This document shows, one piece after another, positions 1 through 10,197 of a stretch of 64,000 nt of DNA. Within the stretch, counting starts at the first letter, position 1. The number at the start of each line of letters is the position of its first letter. A model generated the notes under the pieces. It saw only the letters and a list, made by a program, of their open reading frames with translations, searched no databases and had not been told where the DNA came from. Origin of the DNA: Terriglobia bacterium. GTDB taxonomy: Bacteria; Acidobacteriota; Terriglobia; Terriglobales; Acidobacteriaceae. The stretch lies in contig CAVXVR010000004.1 in NCBI GenBank assembly GCA_963765285.1, positions 84,253 through 148,252 of the forward strand, written 5' to 3'. A program made the position numbers and the translations under genes.

Positions 1-836
1 TGCCCGGGGGAAAGCCGCCCCACGTCGGGTTCATCTACGAAGGCCCGCACCTGGACTTTGGAAAGATCGGCAAGTTGTAGGACCAGATCACCCGGATTCA
101 GATAGTTCCCCTGGCGAACCGGCAGGGAATAGACCACACCAGCAAAAGGCGCGCGGATACTGAGCTTGCTGACGACGTCTTCCGCAGCCGAGTAGGCGCT
201 CTGCGCTTCCACCTGTTGCGCCTGAACGCGTGCGACCTCCGGTTGGGAGTAACGGTCTTTCTGCTTTTCCTCCAGCAGCTTGACGTCGGCTTGCGCCCGC
301 GCCCACGCATTCTCTGCTGCGGTCACCTCCCCCGCCGAGGCGGCGCCGCTTTGCTGCAACCGCCGCAAGGCGTCAAGGTTGCGCTTGGCCGCATCTCGCG
401 CGGTGCGCGCTTTTCCCAGTTCCGATTCAACCGTCAGCACTTCTTCCTGCGTACCCCCGGTGCGCAATGCGTTTATCTCGACGTCAGAGGCACGAATCTG
501 CGCCAGGGCCCGCGCTGCCGCGCTGCGGGCGTCAGCATCGTCGAGCAGGGCGAGAAGCTGTCCTCGCTTGACGTGATCCCCCTCTTTTGCCAGGAGCTGT
601 TTCACGGTTGTCCCGATGGGAGAGCGGGCCTCGAAGTTCTGCAGCGGTTCCACTTTTCCGTTGGTCGAAACCACGCTGCGAATCGTGCCTCGTGAAGCCA
701 TCGCCGCCCGGACGGGAACAGGGTCTTCGCGCGACATAAAAGAGGCTAGCAACACTACGGCGATTACGATGCCGGCTGTCCATACCAGCCACCGGTGGCG
801 GGCGAAGAAGCTGCCTTTGTTGGGTTCCGCTGTCAT
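1..836 (-). CDS. efflux-pump periplasmic adaptor subunit (HlyD / membrane-fusion family); C-terminus lies beyond the window edge
   Basis: Not in the ORF track because it runs off the edge. My reverse-strand translation from ATG at 836 gives MTAEPNKGSFFARHRWLVWTAGIVIAVVLLASF (N-terminal anchor), then GTIRSVVSTNGKVEPLQNFEARSPIGTTVKQLLAKEGDHVKRGQLLALLDD, an Ala/Gln-rich coiled coil, then IRAPFAGVVYSLPVRQGNYLNPGDLV. This is the typical MFP layout. Confidence 0.8.
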   Translation of the reverse strand, partial: MTAEPNKGSFFARHRWLVWTAGIVIAVVLLASFMSREDPVPVRAAMASRGTIRSVVSTNGKVEPLQNFEARSPIGTTVKQLLAKEGDHVKRGQLLALLDDADARSAAARALAQIRASDVEINALRTGGTQEEVLTVESELGKARTARDAAKRNLDALRRLQQSGAASAGEVTAAENAWARAQADVKLLEEKQKDRYSQPEVARVQAQQVEAQSAYSAAEDVVSKLSIRAPFAGVVYSLPVRQGNYLNPGDLVLQLADLSKVQVRAFVDEPDVGRLSPG

Positions 837-976
837 GAAAGAGACAATCGCGACTACTTTACCACCTGATTCCAGCCTCAAGGCACTGCAAGTCTTAATC
901 TGTTAGATGCAGGCAGGCACGGGAAAATACCAGAACATAACCGGTTCTCACTTTGCCCTCGGCTGGCGGTTAGAAT

Positions 977-1390
977 GTGGTCATGGCCAACTCCCGCTAC
1001 ACTCCAGAACATGCCAAGGCCGGACTGGACGCAAAATTTCCCGAGATTGAAACTTGGCCCAACCAGTTTCCCGGCTACGAGATCGTGGTCGACGATCCGG
1101 AGTTTACCTCGGTCTGTCCCAAGACCGGATTGCCCGATTTTGGCGTCCTGACTATACGCTACATGCCCGATAAACACTGTCTCGAACTGAAATCGCTGAA
1201 GGAGTATCTACAGTCTTATCGCAACCTGGGCATCTTTCAGGAAAATATCGTCAACCAGGTGCTCGAGGACTTGGTGCGTTGGGCGAAACCCGTGTGGGCG
1301 GAGGTGAAAGGCGATTTCCGGCCAAGGGGGGGGATTTCGACGGTCGTGATAGCGAAGTGGCCGAGGCCAAAAGGAAGCAGTCGCCGCTGA
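977..1390 (+). CDS. queF: NADPH-dependent 7-cyano-7-deazaguanine (preQ0) reductase, type I
   Basis: 137-aa ORF. The catalytic Cys context SVCPKTGLPDFG and the QueF motif ELKSLKEYL are present; length fits unimodular QueF. Confidence 0.9.
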   Translation: MVMANSRYTPEHAKAGLDAKFPEIETWPNQFPGYEIVVDDPEFTSVCPKTGLPDFGVLTIRYMPDKHCLELKSLKEYLQSYRNLGIFQENIVNQVLEDLVRWAKPVWAEVKGDFRPRGGISTVVIAKWPRPKGSSRR

Positions 1391-1404
1391 ACACGTGGTG
1401 GCGG

Positions 1405-2809
1405 ATGCCTCGTCCGCCACCCCACCAAACCGGCTCTAGCTCCGAGCCACGAGACCCTCCGGGACCTCACACCTCGCCCCCATGCTATATTCACTCGCCT
1501 GTGCCCTCCCCCAAACTCTACCCTCGCACGGCCCTAGTCCTGCTCACCGCCCTGAATCTGCTCAACTACATTGACCGCAATGTCCTGTTCGCGGTACAGC
1601 CATTGATACAGAAGGAATTTCTCCTCTCCAACACCCAACTGGGGTATCTCACCAGCGCGTTCCTTGGGTTTTATATGCTCGCGGCCCCGTTCACCGGCCC
1701 GCTGGCCGACCGCTATTCGCGGAAGCTAATCATCGGGTTAGGCGCGATCTTCTGGAGCGGCCTCACCCTTCTCACTGCCGTCACCCACACTTACCACGAA
1801 CTGCTGCTCCGTCACACGCTGGTCGGCATCGGAGAAGCCACCTTCGCCACCATCGCTCCAACCTACGTAGCCGACTTGTTCCCGGAAGAAAAACGCGGGC
1901 GCGTTCTCGGCGTCTTCTATCTGGCGCTGCCGGTCGGCTCGGCGCTGGGCTACGTGCTGGGCGGTAAACTCGGAGCAATGCACGGCTGGCGTTTTCCCTT
2001 CTATATCGCCGCCCTGCCGGGATTTCTTCTCGCCATCGCCATCCTATTCTTGAACGAACCGGAACGCGGCCACTTCGATTCTTTGAAGGAGACGCCGGAA
2101 CAAGCCGTAACTTTCGAATACCGCGGCCTCCGTTTTCTGAAAGCGTCGTTGCTCACCTACCTGAGAAAGTTATACTTCGCTCTGTTCCGCAATCCCGCTT
2201 TCTGGACAGCCACGCTAGGCATGGCGGCCATGACATTTTCCCTCGGCGGCATCCAGGTCTGGATGCCCACTTTCTTGTCACAAGTCCGCCACTACTCTTT
2301 GGAATCCGCCAATCTGATGTTCGGCGGCATCATTGTTGTCGACGGGATCCTCGCCGCACTGATCGGAGGCTGGCTAGGCGACTACTTGCTGCCTCGCACC
2401 AAAGGCGCCTATTACCTGATTTCAGCCGTAGGCATGGCCGTAGGTCTGCCCGATCATGGTCGTCGCTCTATTTTCTGCAGGACGCCTCATGCTTCCCGCC
2501 ATTGCCATCGCAGCTTTCTTTCTTCTGCTCAACACGTCTCCACTCAACGCCGCCGTGCTCAACTCCGTGGGCGCGCACATTCGCGCCACCGCGATCGCGG
2601 TCAACATTCTTATCATTCATCTCCTGGGCGACGTGCCCTCTCCGACTCTCATCGGCTACGTCGCTGACCGCCGCTCGCTCCAGATCGCCTTCATCCTTCC
2701 GGTGATCGCCATGGGCATCTCTTCTGCCATACTGTTCTACGGAATGCGATTCGCCCCCACCATGCAGGTCCACAAGAACGTCAGCCCAGCAGGAGCGCCG
2801 GCGGCGTGA
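1405..2809 (+). pseudogene. MFS transporter (spinster-like), reading frame broken by a 1-nt shift near 2446-2450
   Basis: The frame of ORF 1279-2667 gives the MFS N-half (LNLLNYIDRNVLF, PLADRYSRK, 6+ TM) up to AVGMAVGLP and then turns to Arg/Ser-rich nonsense. ORF 2456-2809 continues the protein (MVVALFSAGRLMLPAIAIAAFFLLLNTSPLNAAVLNSV...). The junction is at CTGCCCGATCATGG, a C-run. ATG 1405 is the first start downstream of queF. Confidence 0.7.
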
Positions 2810-3981
2810 TTTATTTTCACTGGATTGCAGGTTCTCTGCTGGCGCTCATCTGGCTGTCCCGTGTGGTCGAAGCTGCTGTGGGCATGCCCAAAGTTACGGA
2901 CGTATCCGGTCCCGAGTGGAACCGGAGACCCGCAACGTCGCACGGCGATCCATCGGTCAGCATCATCGTCCCCGCGCGCAACGAAGAAGCCGATATCGAA
3001 CGGACGCTGCGGCAATTGCTTCTGCTCGACTACGACAATTATGAAATCATCGTCGTCGATGATCGCTCCACCGACCGCACCGGCGAAATCATGGACCAGG
3101 TTGCGGCGAGACCAGACACAAGAAAGCTCATCAAGGTGATTCACGTCGCCAACCTGCCTGCCGGCTGGCTGGGAAAAACTCACGCCATGTGGCAGGCCAC
3201 CAAGCTGGCCAAAGGCGAGTGGCTGCTTTTCACCGATGCCGACGTTTTGTTCAAACCTGACTCCGTCCGCCGCGCGCTGGCCTATGCCGAGGCGGAGCCC
3301 GCCGACCACGTCGTGCTTTTCCCCCGCATGATCATGAAGCGTCCGGGTGAACGAATGATGATTGCATTTTTTCAATCGCTTTTCGTTTTCGGGCACCGCC
3401 CCTGGAAAGTCGCCGATCCCAAGACTGACGACCACATCGGCGTCGGCGCGTTTAACCTGGTCCGCCGCACCGTCTATGACGCCGTGGGCACCTACGAACG
3501 CCTGCGGATGGAAGTGCTCGACGACATGAAGCTGGGCAAAGTGGTGAAGAAAGCTGGCTTCGCCCAGCGCAACGTCTTCGGCGGTGATTTGATTTCCCTC
3601 CGCTGGGCGCAGGGGGCAATGGGCGTGGTCAACAATCTCACGAAAAACTTTTTTGCCGTGCTCTCGTTTCAATGGCCCCGCGCCCTTGCTTCCTGCGTAG
3701 CTCTGGCGTTTCTCAATCTGATGCCCTTCGCCGGCGTTTTTCTGGCGCACGGATGGGCGCGCCTCCCCTACGCTGTCGCACTCTTCTCGATGTTCTCCAT
3801 TTACGCGGGAATGTCGAGCAAGTCGGATATCCCTCCGTATTATTTTGTCCTTCATCCCGTCAGCACAGTGCTATTTCTCTATACTGTGCTGCTTTCGACG
3901 GCGCTCACCATGGGACGTGGCGGGGTAGTGTGGCGGGGAACGCTGTATCCGCTCGACGAACTGAAGCGTGGGTTGGTCTAA
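2806..3981 (+). CDS. family 2 glycosyltransferase with C-terminal membrane domain
   Basis: SIIVPARNEEADIERTL, NYEIIVVDDRSTDRT and FTDADV (DxD) form the GT-A core, followed by 3-4 hydrophobic helices. The GTG start overlaps the MFS stop (GTGA). Confidence 0.8.
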   Translation: MIYFHWIAGSLLALIWLSRVVEAAVGMPKVTDVSGPEWNRRPATSHGDPSVSIIVPARNEEADIERTLRQLLLLDYDNYEIIVVDDRSTDRTGEIMDQVAARPDTRKLIKVIHVANLPAGWLGKTHAMWQATKLAKGEWLLFTDADVLFKPDSVRRALAYAEAEPADHVVLFPRMIMKRPGERMMIAFFQSLFVFGHRPWKVADPKTDDHIGVGAFNLVRRTVYDAVGTYERLRMEVLDDMKLGKVVKKAGFAQRNVFGGDLISLRWAQGAMGVVNNLTKNFFAVLSFQWPRALASCVALAFLNLMPFAGVFLAHGWARLPYAVALFSMFSIYAGMSSKSDIPPYYFVLHPVSTVLFLYTVLLSTALTMGRGGVVWRGTLYPLDELKRGLV

Positions 3982-4021
3982 GAAAAACCCAAACCCTTGT
4001 CGTTTCGAGCGCCTACTTTTG

Positions 4022-4150
4022 GCGCGAGAGCCTGCCCTGTCTGGCCGAAGCCCCGAGCGAAGTCGAGGGGAAGTCGAACGGAATCCAGGTTTGCCTTGCC
4101 TTCAGCCACAGCAGATTCCTCCTCTTCGCTTCGCTCATCGTCGGAATGAC
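4022..4150. repeat. composite GC-rich intergenic repeat: forward unit 4022-4089 plus inverted GTCATTCCGA-type unit 4114-4150
   Basis: GAGCCTGCCCTG..GCCCCGAGCGAAGTCGAGGGGAAGTCGAACGGAATC recurs at 25258-25312. The reverse complement of 4114-4150 reads GTCATTCCGACGATGAGCGAAGCGAAGAGGAGGAATC, the same head as the GTCATCC repeats elsewhere. Confidence 0.6.
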
Positions 4151-4311
4151 AAAAGGGTAGGTTCCCCGTCCTGTGCGCCCTCGACACCGTACTCAAATTG
4201 GAACTCCCTGTAATGCAGAATTCATCTACCGACCAAAGACATGTGTTTCAACCTATATTTCCTCAAGCGGGAACTGACAAAACCTCTGCGTTGTAAGACA
4301 ATCAACACACC

Positions 4312-4818
4312 GTGACAATCGATGTCCCGAAACCAGCCGCGCCCAGCCAGGACAAGCGCTGGAAAATTGTGGATGCGACTGTGCGCCGCGTCGGCCCGCA
4401 CTCGCGCGGACTCATCGAGACTCTGCACACGGTTCAGGAAGCATTTGGCTACCTCGACGAGACCGCGCTGCGTTACGTCGCGGCGTCGTTGCGCGTGCCG
4501 CTCAGTCGTGCCTACGGTGTGGCCACGTTCTATCATTTCTTTACCCTCAAGCCGGCCGGGGAACATACTTGCGTCATCTGTCTGGGCACCGCGTGCTATA
4601 TCAAAGGCGCCCCGCAACTGGTTGATGTCGTAAAGCACGACCTGGGAATCGCTCTTGGCGAAACCACAGCCAATGGAAAGATTTCCGTTCTTTCTGCGCG
4701 CTGTTTAGGTTCCTGCGGGCTGGCCCCGGCGGTGGTCTACGATAGCGTGGTAGCCGGCAAAGTCACTTCCGCTCAAATTCGACAGCAAATGGCAAAGTGG
4801 AACCCGCATGACGCCTGA
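4312..4818 (+). CDS. hoxE: bidirectional [NiFe] hydrogenase diaphorase subunit HoxE (NuoE-like, 2Fe-2S)
   Basis: NuoE/thioredoxin-like 2Fe-2S pattern [10 protein letters not shown] ... CLGSCGLAP. First gene of the hox cluster. GTG start with no clear SD, so the start is uncertain. Confidence 0.85.
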   Translation: MTIDVPKPAAPSQDKRWKIVDATVRRVGPHSRGLIETLHTVQEAFGYLDETALRYVAASLRVPLSRAYGVATFYHFFTLKPAGEHTCVICLGTACYIKGAPQLVDVVKHDLGIALGETTANGKISVLSARCLGSCGLAPAVVYDSVVAGKVTSAQIRQQMAKWNPHDA

Positions 4819-6442
4819 AGAGCTGGAACATATCGCTCACACCGAACGCGAGGCCCAGGCTGCCGTGAAGCAGACGGTGAACGTGTGCGCCGCCGCGGGA
4901 TGCCTTTCCTGCCAAAGCCAGTCCGTAAAAGACGCGCTTGCCAAGGAAGTCGTCGCTCGCGGCTGGGAAGGACGGTGCAAAGTCAAAGGCGTCGGCTGCA
5001 TGGGACTCTGCGCCGAAGGCCCGCTGGTCTCAACCAGCGATGGAACTCTCTACCAGCGCGTGGCGGCGTCTGACGCACCCGCGTTGCTTGATTCCCTCGA
5101 ACATGCCCCCGTGAATCGCCTGCTCTGCCCGACTGACGTTCCATTTTTCCAGCGGCAAAAGAAAATTGTGTTGGAAAACAGCGGCGTAATCGATCCGGAG
5201 CGCGTTGAAGAATACATCGCGGCGTCGGGATACCAGGCGCTGATTCATGTCCTCACCGAGATGACTCCGGCGGAAGTCATCGCCCAGGTGGTCAACAGCG
5301 GCCTGCGCGGACGCGGCGGCGCGGGTTATCCCACCGGCCTGAAGTGGAGCACGGTTTCGAAGGCCGTGGGCACGCAAAAGTTCGTGATCTGCAACGCCGA
5401 CGAAGGCGACCCCGGCGCTTTCATGGACCGCAGCGTGCTTGAGAGCGATCCCCATCGTGTTCTCGAGGGCATGCTGATCGCCGCCTACGCCGTGGGTGCG
5501 TCTGAGGGATACATCTACGTTCGCGCCGAGTATCCCCTGGCTATCGCCCGGCTGAAAGTGGGCATCCGCCAAGCCGAGCGCCTTGGACTTCTGGGAGCGA
5601 ACATCTGTGGCACGCGCTTCAGTTTCCGCATCGAACTTCGTCTTGGAGCGGGCGCCTTTGTTTGCGGCGAAGAAACCGCACTGATCTCATCGATAGAAGG
5701 CAAGCGCGGGAATCCCCAGCCCCGTCCGCCCTATCCTGCGCAGGAAGGCCTGCTGGGTCAGCCCACGCTCATCAATAACGTCGAGACCTTTGCCAACATT
5801 GCTCCTATCATCCGCAACGGGGGCGAGTGGTACGCGAGCATCGGCACCGAGAAGAGTAAAGGCACCAAAGTGTTCGCGCTGGCCGGCACCGTACAGAACA
5901 CCGGCCTGGTGGAAGTGCCCATGGGCATTACTCTGCGCGAGATGGTGTTTGAGATCGGCGGCGGAATTCCTCAGGGCAAGAAGTTCAAAGCCGTGCAAAC
6001 CGGCGGCCCCTCCGGCGGATGTTTGCCTTCGGAGTGCCTCGACATGCCGGTCGACTACGAATCCCTGGCCCAGGCCGGCTCCATTATGGGTTCGGGCGGC
6101 ATGATCGTGATGGATGAAAGCTCCTGCATGGTTGACGTCGCCAAATATTTCATGGATTTCTGCATGACCGAATCCTGCGGCAAGTGCATTCCGTGCCGCG
6201 TCGGCACCTACCAGATGCATCGCCTGCTCGATACCATCACCAAGCTGCAAGCCACCAACAAAGATGTCGAGATGCTCGAAGAACTGTGCGATCTGGTCAA
6301 GCACACCAGTCTCTGCGGTCTGGGCCAGTCTGCGCCCAATCCCGTACTGAGCACGCTTCGCTACTTTCAGGAAGAATACAAAGCCCACATTGATCACCAG
6401 CAATGCGTCGCAGGGGTGTGCGGTAAAGGAGCGCAGGCATGA
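4808..6442 (+). CDS. hoxF: hydrogenase diaphorase subunit HoxF (NuoF-like, FMN/NAD(P)H-binding, 4Fe-4S)
   Basis: [13 protein letters not shown] (FMN/NADH site), [10 protein letters not shown] (4Fe-4S) and an N-terminal extra Cys-rich domain. Overlaps hoxE by 11 nt. Confidence 0.9.
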   Translation: MTPEELEHIAHTEREAQAAVKQTVNVCAAAGCLSCQSQSVKDALAKEVVARGWEGRCKVKGVGCMGLCAEGPLVSTSDGTLYQRVAASDAPALLDSLEHAPVNRLLCPTDVPFFQRQKKIVLENSGVIDPERVEEYIAASGYQALIHVLTEMTPAEVIAQVVNSGLRGRGGAGYPTGLKWSTVSKAVGTQKFVICNADEGDPGAFMDRSVLESDPHRVLEGMLIAAYAVGASEGYIYVRAEYPLAIARLKVGIRQAERLGLLGANICGTRFSFRIELRLGAGAFVCGEETALISSIEGKRGNPQPRPPYPAQEGLLGQPTLINNVETFANIAPIIRNGGEWYASIGTEKSKGTKVFALAGTVQNTGLVEVPMGITLREMVFEIGGGIPQGKKFKAVQTGGPSGGCLPSECLDMPVDYESLAQAGSIMGSGGMIVMDESSCMVDVAKYFMDFCMTESCGKCIPCRVGTYQMHRLLDTITKLQATNKDVEMLEELCDLVKHTSLCGLGQSAPNPVLSTLRYFQEEYKAHIDHQQCVAGVCGKGAQA

Positions 6443-7167
6443 GCCCGGCCCCGAATCCCGCCGCCGTCAAGACCCTGAAAATCGACGGGCGCGACTTCAG
6501 CGCCCGCGAAACTGAGACCATCCTCGACGTGGCCCGCCAAAACGGAGTGCCCATTCCGCGGCTTTGCGAACTCGACGGTCTCTCGAACGTGGGCGCATGC
6601 CGCTTGTGTCTGGTGGAAGTGAAAGGGTCCAACCGGCTGATGGCTTCCTGCGTGACCCGCGTCGAAGAGGGAATGGATGTCACCACCAATTCCAAGCGCC
6701 TGGAACGCTACCGCAAGGGCATTCTGGAATTGCTGTTTACCGAACGCAATCACATTTGCTCGGTTTGCGTTTCGAACGGTCACTGTGAACTGCAGAGTAT
6801 GGCGCAGAAGCTCGACATCACGCACATTCACTATCCTTACCGTTACCCCCACGTCTCAGTCGACGCCTCTCACGACCGCTTCGTCATCGACCACAACCGC
6901 TGCATCCTGTGCACCCGCTGCGTGCGCGTGTGCGATGAAATCGAAGGCGCCCACACGTGGGACGTCATGGGTCGGGGCATCGATTGCACGGTCATCACCG
7001 ATCTCAATCAGCCGTGGGGCTCTTCCGACACTTGCACTGGCTGCGGCAAATGCGTCCAGGTATGCCCCACCGGGGCGCTATTCGAGAAGGGCCACTCCGT
7101 CGCCGAGATGGAAAAACGCCGCGACTTTCTGCCCTACCTGCAATTGATGAGGGGGGAAAGAGAGTGA
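6439..7167 (+). CDS. hoxU: hydrogenase diaphorase subunit HoxU (NuoG N-terminal-like Fe-S protein)
   Basis: 2Fe-2S CRLCLVEV, HxxxC and [11 protein letters not shown] / [15 protein letters not shown] ferredoxin motifs. 4-nt overlap with hoxF. Confidence 0.9.
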   Translation: MSPAPNPAAVKTLKIDGRDFSARETETILDVARQNGVPIPRLCELDGLSNVGACRLCLVEVKGSNRLMASCVTRVEEGMDVTTNSKRLERYRKGILELLFTERNHICSVCVSNGHCELQSMAQKLDITHIHYPYRYPHVSVDASHDRFVIDHNRCILCTRCVRVCDEIEGAHTWDVMGRGIDCTVITDLNQPWGSSDTCTGCGKCVQVCPTGALFEKGHSVAEMEKRRDFLPYLQLMRGERE

Positions 7168-7697
7168 GCAAGAAGCGCCTGGCTACAGTGTGGCTGGATG
7201 GCTGTTCCGGCTGCCACATGTCGTTTCTGGATATCGACGAACGCCTGCTGGTTCTGGCCGAAAGCGCGGATCTCGTTTATAGCCCCCTGGTGGACGCCAA
7301 AATATTTCCCGAAGACGTGGACCTTACCCTGGTCGAAGGCGCAGTCAGCAGCGACGAAGATTTGCATAAAATTAAGATGGTCCGCCAGCGCACCAAGACT
7401 CTCGTTTCGCTCGGAGATTGCGCGGTCACGGCCAATGTTCCGGGCATGAGAAATCCGTTTTCCACCAAGTCGGTCTACGACCGCGCCTACATCGAAAATG
7501 TGACGCTCGATCCCGGCATTCCCGATCAGGTGGTGCCGCGGCTTCTGCCTCAGGCCAGACCCATTCACGAATTTGTCCCGGTGGATGTTTTCGTTCCCGG
7601 CTGTCCGCCCTCGGCCGATACGATTTTCTACGTTGTCAGCGAATTGCTGGCTGGCCGCCAGCCGGACTTGAGCCCGAGAACGCGCTTTGGAGCCTAG
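7164..7697 (+). CDS. hoxY: [NiFe] hydrogenase small subunit HoxY
   Basis: In-frame part of ORF 6957-7697. GTG 7164 overlaps the hoxU stop (GTGA). [15 protein letters not shown] and GCPP motifs of group-3 small subunits. Confidence 0.85.
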   Translation: MSKKRLATVWLDGCSGCHMSFLDIDERLLVLAESADLVYSPLVDAKIFPEDVDLTLVEGAVSSDEDLHKIKMVRQRTKTLVSLGDCAVTANVPGMRNPFSTKSVYDRAYIENVTLDPGIPDQVVPRLLPQARPIHEFVPVDVFVPGCPPSADTIFYVVSELLAGRQPDLSPRTRFGA

Positions 7698-7701
7698 CCA
7701 T

Positions 7702-9135
7702 ATGGCAGGACAACCCCGAACCATCGTGATTGACCCGGTCACCCGGATCGAAGGCCACGCCAAGATCACGCTGCATCTTGACGATCACGGGGAAGTGGCC
7801 GACGCGCGTTTTCACGTCACTCAGTTCCGCGGCTTTGAAAAGCTGTGCGAGGGCCGTCCGTTTGCCGAAATGCCTTCCCTGATGGCCCGCATTTGCGGAA
7901 TTTGCCCCGTCAGCCACTTGATCGCGTCGGCGAAGGCATGTGACGCGCTGCTCGCGGTGCGCATTCCGCCTACCGCCGACAAGCTGCGCCGCGTGATCAA
8001 CATGGCGCAGATCGTGCAGTCGCACGCCCTCAGCGTGTTTCATCTTTCTTCTCCCGACCTGCTGCTGGGCATGGATGCCGATCCCGCCAAAGCCAATCTC
8101 TGGGGAGTGTTCGAAAAAGACCCGCAAATCGCCCGCGACGGAATCCGTCTGCGGCAATTTGGCCAGCAGATCATCGAGCGCCTCGGCGGCAAACGCATTC
8201 ATCCCGCGTGGGTAGTGCCGGGAGGAGTCAGCGAGCCTTTGAGCCAGCAGGACCGCGACTTCATTCTCGCCGCGATCCCAGAGGCCATCGTCATCGCCGA
8301 GCACACGCTGAGCTGGTTCAAGAAAATTCATGAGCGGTTCCGCGAAGAAATCACCGCCTTCGGCAATTTTCCCTCGCTTTTTATGGGAATGGTGAAAGAA
8401 GACGGCGGCATCACTTTTTACGATGGAAAGCTGCGCTTCGTGGACGCCGCCGGAGAAACTATTGCCGACGATCTTGATCCCGCTCGTTATTTCGACTACC
8501 TCGGAGAAAAAGTCGAGCCCTGGAGCTATCTGAAATCCGCCTACTACAAACCCAAAGGCTACCCCGACGGAATTTATCGCGTCGGCCCGCTGGCGCGTTT
8601 GAACGTCGTCACCCGCTGCGGGACCCCCCGTGCCGACCAGGAACTGGCAGAGTTCAAGGAAATACAGCGCACCGCAGTGCTCAGTTCCTTCCATTACCAC
8701 CAGGCCCGGCTCATCGAGATTCTGTATTGCATCGAGAGACTGGAACAGCTGCTGAACGATCCGGAAATCCTCTCAAAACACGTCCGCGCCGAGGCCCGGC
8801 CCAACGCCTCCGAGGGCATCGGTGCTTCCGAAGCCCCGCGCGGCACGCTGTTTCATCATTACAAAATCGACGACAACGGCCTGATCCGCTGGGCCAACCT
8901 GATCATCGCCACCGGGCAGAACAACCTCGCCATGAATCGCAGCGTGCTGCAGGTGGCCAAGCATTTCGTCCACGGAGAGCGCCTGACTCCGGGCGTGCTC
9001 AATCGCGTCGAAGCGGTGATCCGCACCTACGATCCCTGCTTGAGCTGCTCGACCCACGCCGTGGGGCAAATGGCACTTCGCATCCAGCTGCTCGCCCCGG
9101 ACGGCGCCGTCGTCGATGAAGTAGCCCGTCCCTAA
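7702..9135 (+). CDS. hoxH: [NiFe] hydrogenase large subunit HoxH
   Basis: RIEGHAKI, N-terminal Ni-binding [11 protein letters not shown]-terminal DPCLSCSTH followed by a cleavable tail. ATG 7702 has GGAG about 10 nt upstream; the alternative start 7687 overlaps hoxY. Confidence 0.9.
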   Translation: MAGQPRTIVIDPVTRIEGHAKITLHLDDHGEVADARFHVTQFRGFEKLCEGRPFAEMPSLMARICGICPVSHLIASAKACDALLAVRIPPTADKLRRVINMAQIVQSHALSVFHLSSPDLLLGMDADPAKANLWGVFEKDPQIARDGIRLRQFGQQIIERLGGKRIHPAWVVPGGVSEPLSQQDRDFILAAIPEAIVIAEHTLSWFKKIHERFREEITAFGNFPSLFMGMVKEDGGITFYDGKLRFVDAAGETIADDLDPARYFDYLGEKVEPWSYLKSAYYKPKGYPDGIYRVGPLARLNVVTRCGTPRADQELAEFKEIQRTAVLSSFHYHQARLIEILYCIERLEQLLNDPEILSKHVRAEARPNASEGIGASEAPRGTLFHHYKIDDNGLIRWANLIIATGQNNLAMNRSVLQVAKHFVHGERLTPGVLNRVEAVIRTYDPCLSCSTHAVGQMALRIQLLAPDGAVVDEVARP

Positions 9136-9138
9136 GCC

Positions 9139-9594
9139 ATGCCGCGAGTCTTAATTATCGCCTTCGGCAATCCGCTGCGCTCGGATGATGGCCTGGCGTG
9201 GCGCGCCGCCGAAGAACTAACTAATCTCGGTCTTCCCGCCGATATCGAAATCATCACGCGCCATCAGCTCACTCCCGAGCTGGCGCTTGAGGCCAGCCAG
9301 GCTGAGATGGTCCTGTTCGTTGACGCAGCCCAGTCGGGAGTTCCCGGAGATATCGCCCAATCACCGGTCAAGGCCGAAAGCTTTTCTGCGGCCTTCTCCC
9401 ACCAATGTTCACCCGCTGCCATTCTAGGCATGGCCCAGGAGATATACGGCAGTTCTCCCCAGGCATTCACAATTTCTCTCTGCGGCGAATGCTTCGATCA
9501 CGGCGAGACGCTCTCCGCCAAAGTCGAAGAAAGTTTGCCGCGTCTGATAACGCTAATCCGCGACTTGGCCGCTGCGTCGCTTGCGAAAATTTGA
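9139..9594 (+). CDS. hoxW: hydrogenase maturation endopeptidase HoxW
   Basis: VLIIAFGNPLRSDDGLAW N-terminus is typical of HybD/HoxW proteases. Lies immediately after hoxH. Confidence 0.85.
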   Translation: MPRVLIIAFGNPLRSDDGLAWRAAEELTNLGLPADIEIITRHQLTPELALEASQAEMVLFVDAAQSGVPGDIAQSPVKAESFSAAFSHQCSPAAILGMAQEIYGSSPQAFTISLCGECFDHGETLSAKVEESLPRLITLIRDLAAASLAKI

Positions 9595-9612
9595 CTCCTC
9601 AACCGAGGAGTC
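9593..9612 (+). terminator. 8-bp stem-loop overlapping the hoxW stop (possible operon terminator)
   Basis: GACTCCTC-AACC-GAGGAGTC is a perfect stem. There is no T-tract; it runs straight into a GTCATCC repeat copy. Confidence 0.35.
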
Positions 9613-9660
9613 ATCCCGAAGCCCCGCGTTTTCTCCAGCGGGGCGAGGGATCTCGCGCGG
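9610..9660 (+). repeat. GTCATCC-head hairpin repeat, copy 1
   Basis: GTCATCCCGAAGCCCCGCGTTTTCTCCAGCGGGGCGAGGGATCTCGCGCGG with an internal 7-bp stem GCCCCGC/GCGGGGC. Near-identical copies at 25221, 31444 (reverse) and 58016; a diverged copy at 28166. Confidence 0.85.
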
Positions 9661-9686
9661 ATCATCTCGCGCGGATCTTCTCACAC

Positions 9687-10187
9687 TCACTCCGGCTCGT
9701 TTTTAGGCACATCCATCGGAACCTTCACCGGCTGCCGTTTCTTGTAAGTCTTCGCCGCCTTCGGACGGCTGAACGTTCCCGCGCTGTAGTGGCCTTTATT
9801 TTCCACATCGTAATTCTTCGGCATGGCTGGAATTCGCGCCGCCGCTCCGCTCAATTGCCGCGACTCCGCCAGAATAATCTCCGCCCGGCCGTCGTATTCT
9901 TTCACCGGCCCGTGAATTTCCACCGTCTTACCCTGGAGTTGGCGAATATCCCCGACATTCTTCAGATCAGAAGGGAAGACCACGACCGTGAAAGGACAAA
10001 CCCGGTAATCCTGGCAGAAATCAAGATAGTGCACGCCACGGTTGCCGCGCTCAACCCGATAGACCACGCCAGTCACGCAGCGCGTCTCACCCAGATGGTT
10101 CTGGGCTTCGCTGACAGGAATGCACTCGGCGCACGCAGGCAAGGCAAGCAAGATCAAAGTCACGAAGCTTCGAAAACGGAAGGCCAT
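9687..10187 (-). CDS. secreted hypothetical protein (possibly OB-fold)
   Basis: Signal peptide MAFRFRSFVTLILLALPACA, coherent composition and a Lys-rich tail. No family recognised with certainty. Confidence 0.45.
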   Translation of the reverse strand: MAFRFRSFVTLILLALPACAECIPVSEAQNHLGETRCVTGVVYRVERGNRGVHYLDFCQDYRVCPFTVVVFPSDLKNVGDIRQLQGKTVEIHGPVKEYDGRAEIILAESRQLSGAAARIPAMPKNYDVENKGHYSAGTFSRPKAAKTYKKRQPVKVPMDVPKNEPE

Positions 10188-10197
10188 ATGCGTCGCC

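Noticed and set aside
900-976. Looked for a preQ1 riboswitch in front of queF
   Set aside because: No preQ1-I/II-like hairpin with an A-rich tail is visible. queF is not a typical preQ1-riboswitch-controlled gene in any case.
1279-1404. N-terminal 42 codons of the tracked MFS ORF overlapping the queF 3' end
   Set aside because: The overlap with queF is in another frame with Gly/Arg-rich nonsense. The first plausible start after the queF stop is ATG 1405.
4199-4218. Possible sigma-54 promoter (TTGGAACTCCCTGTAATGCA) upstream of hoxE
   Set aside because: The GG and GC dinucleotides are spaced 3 nt too far apart relative to the TGGCAC-N5-TTGC consensus.
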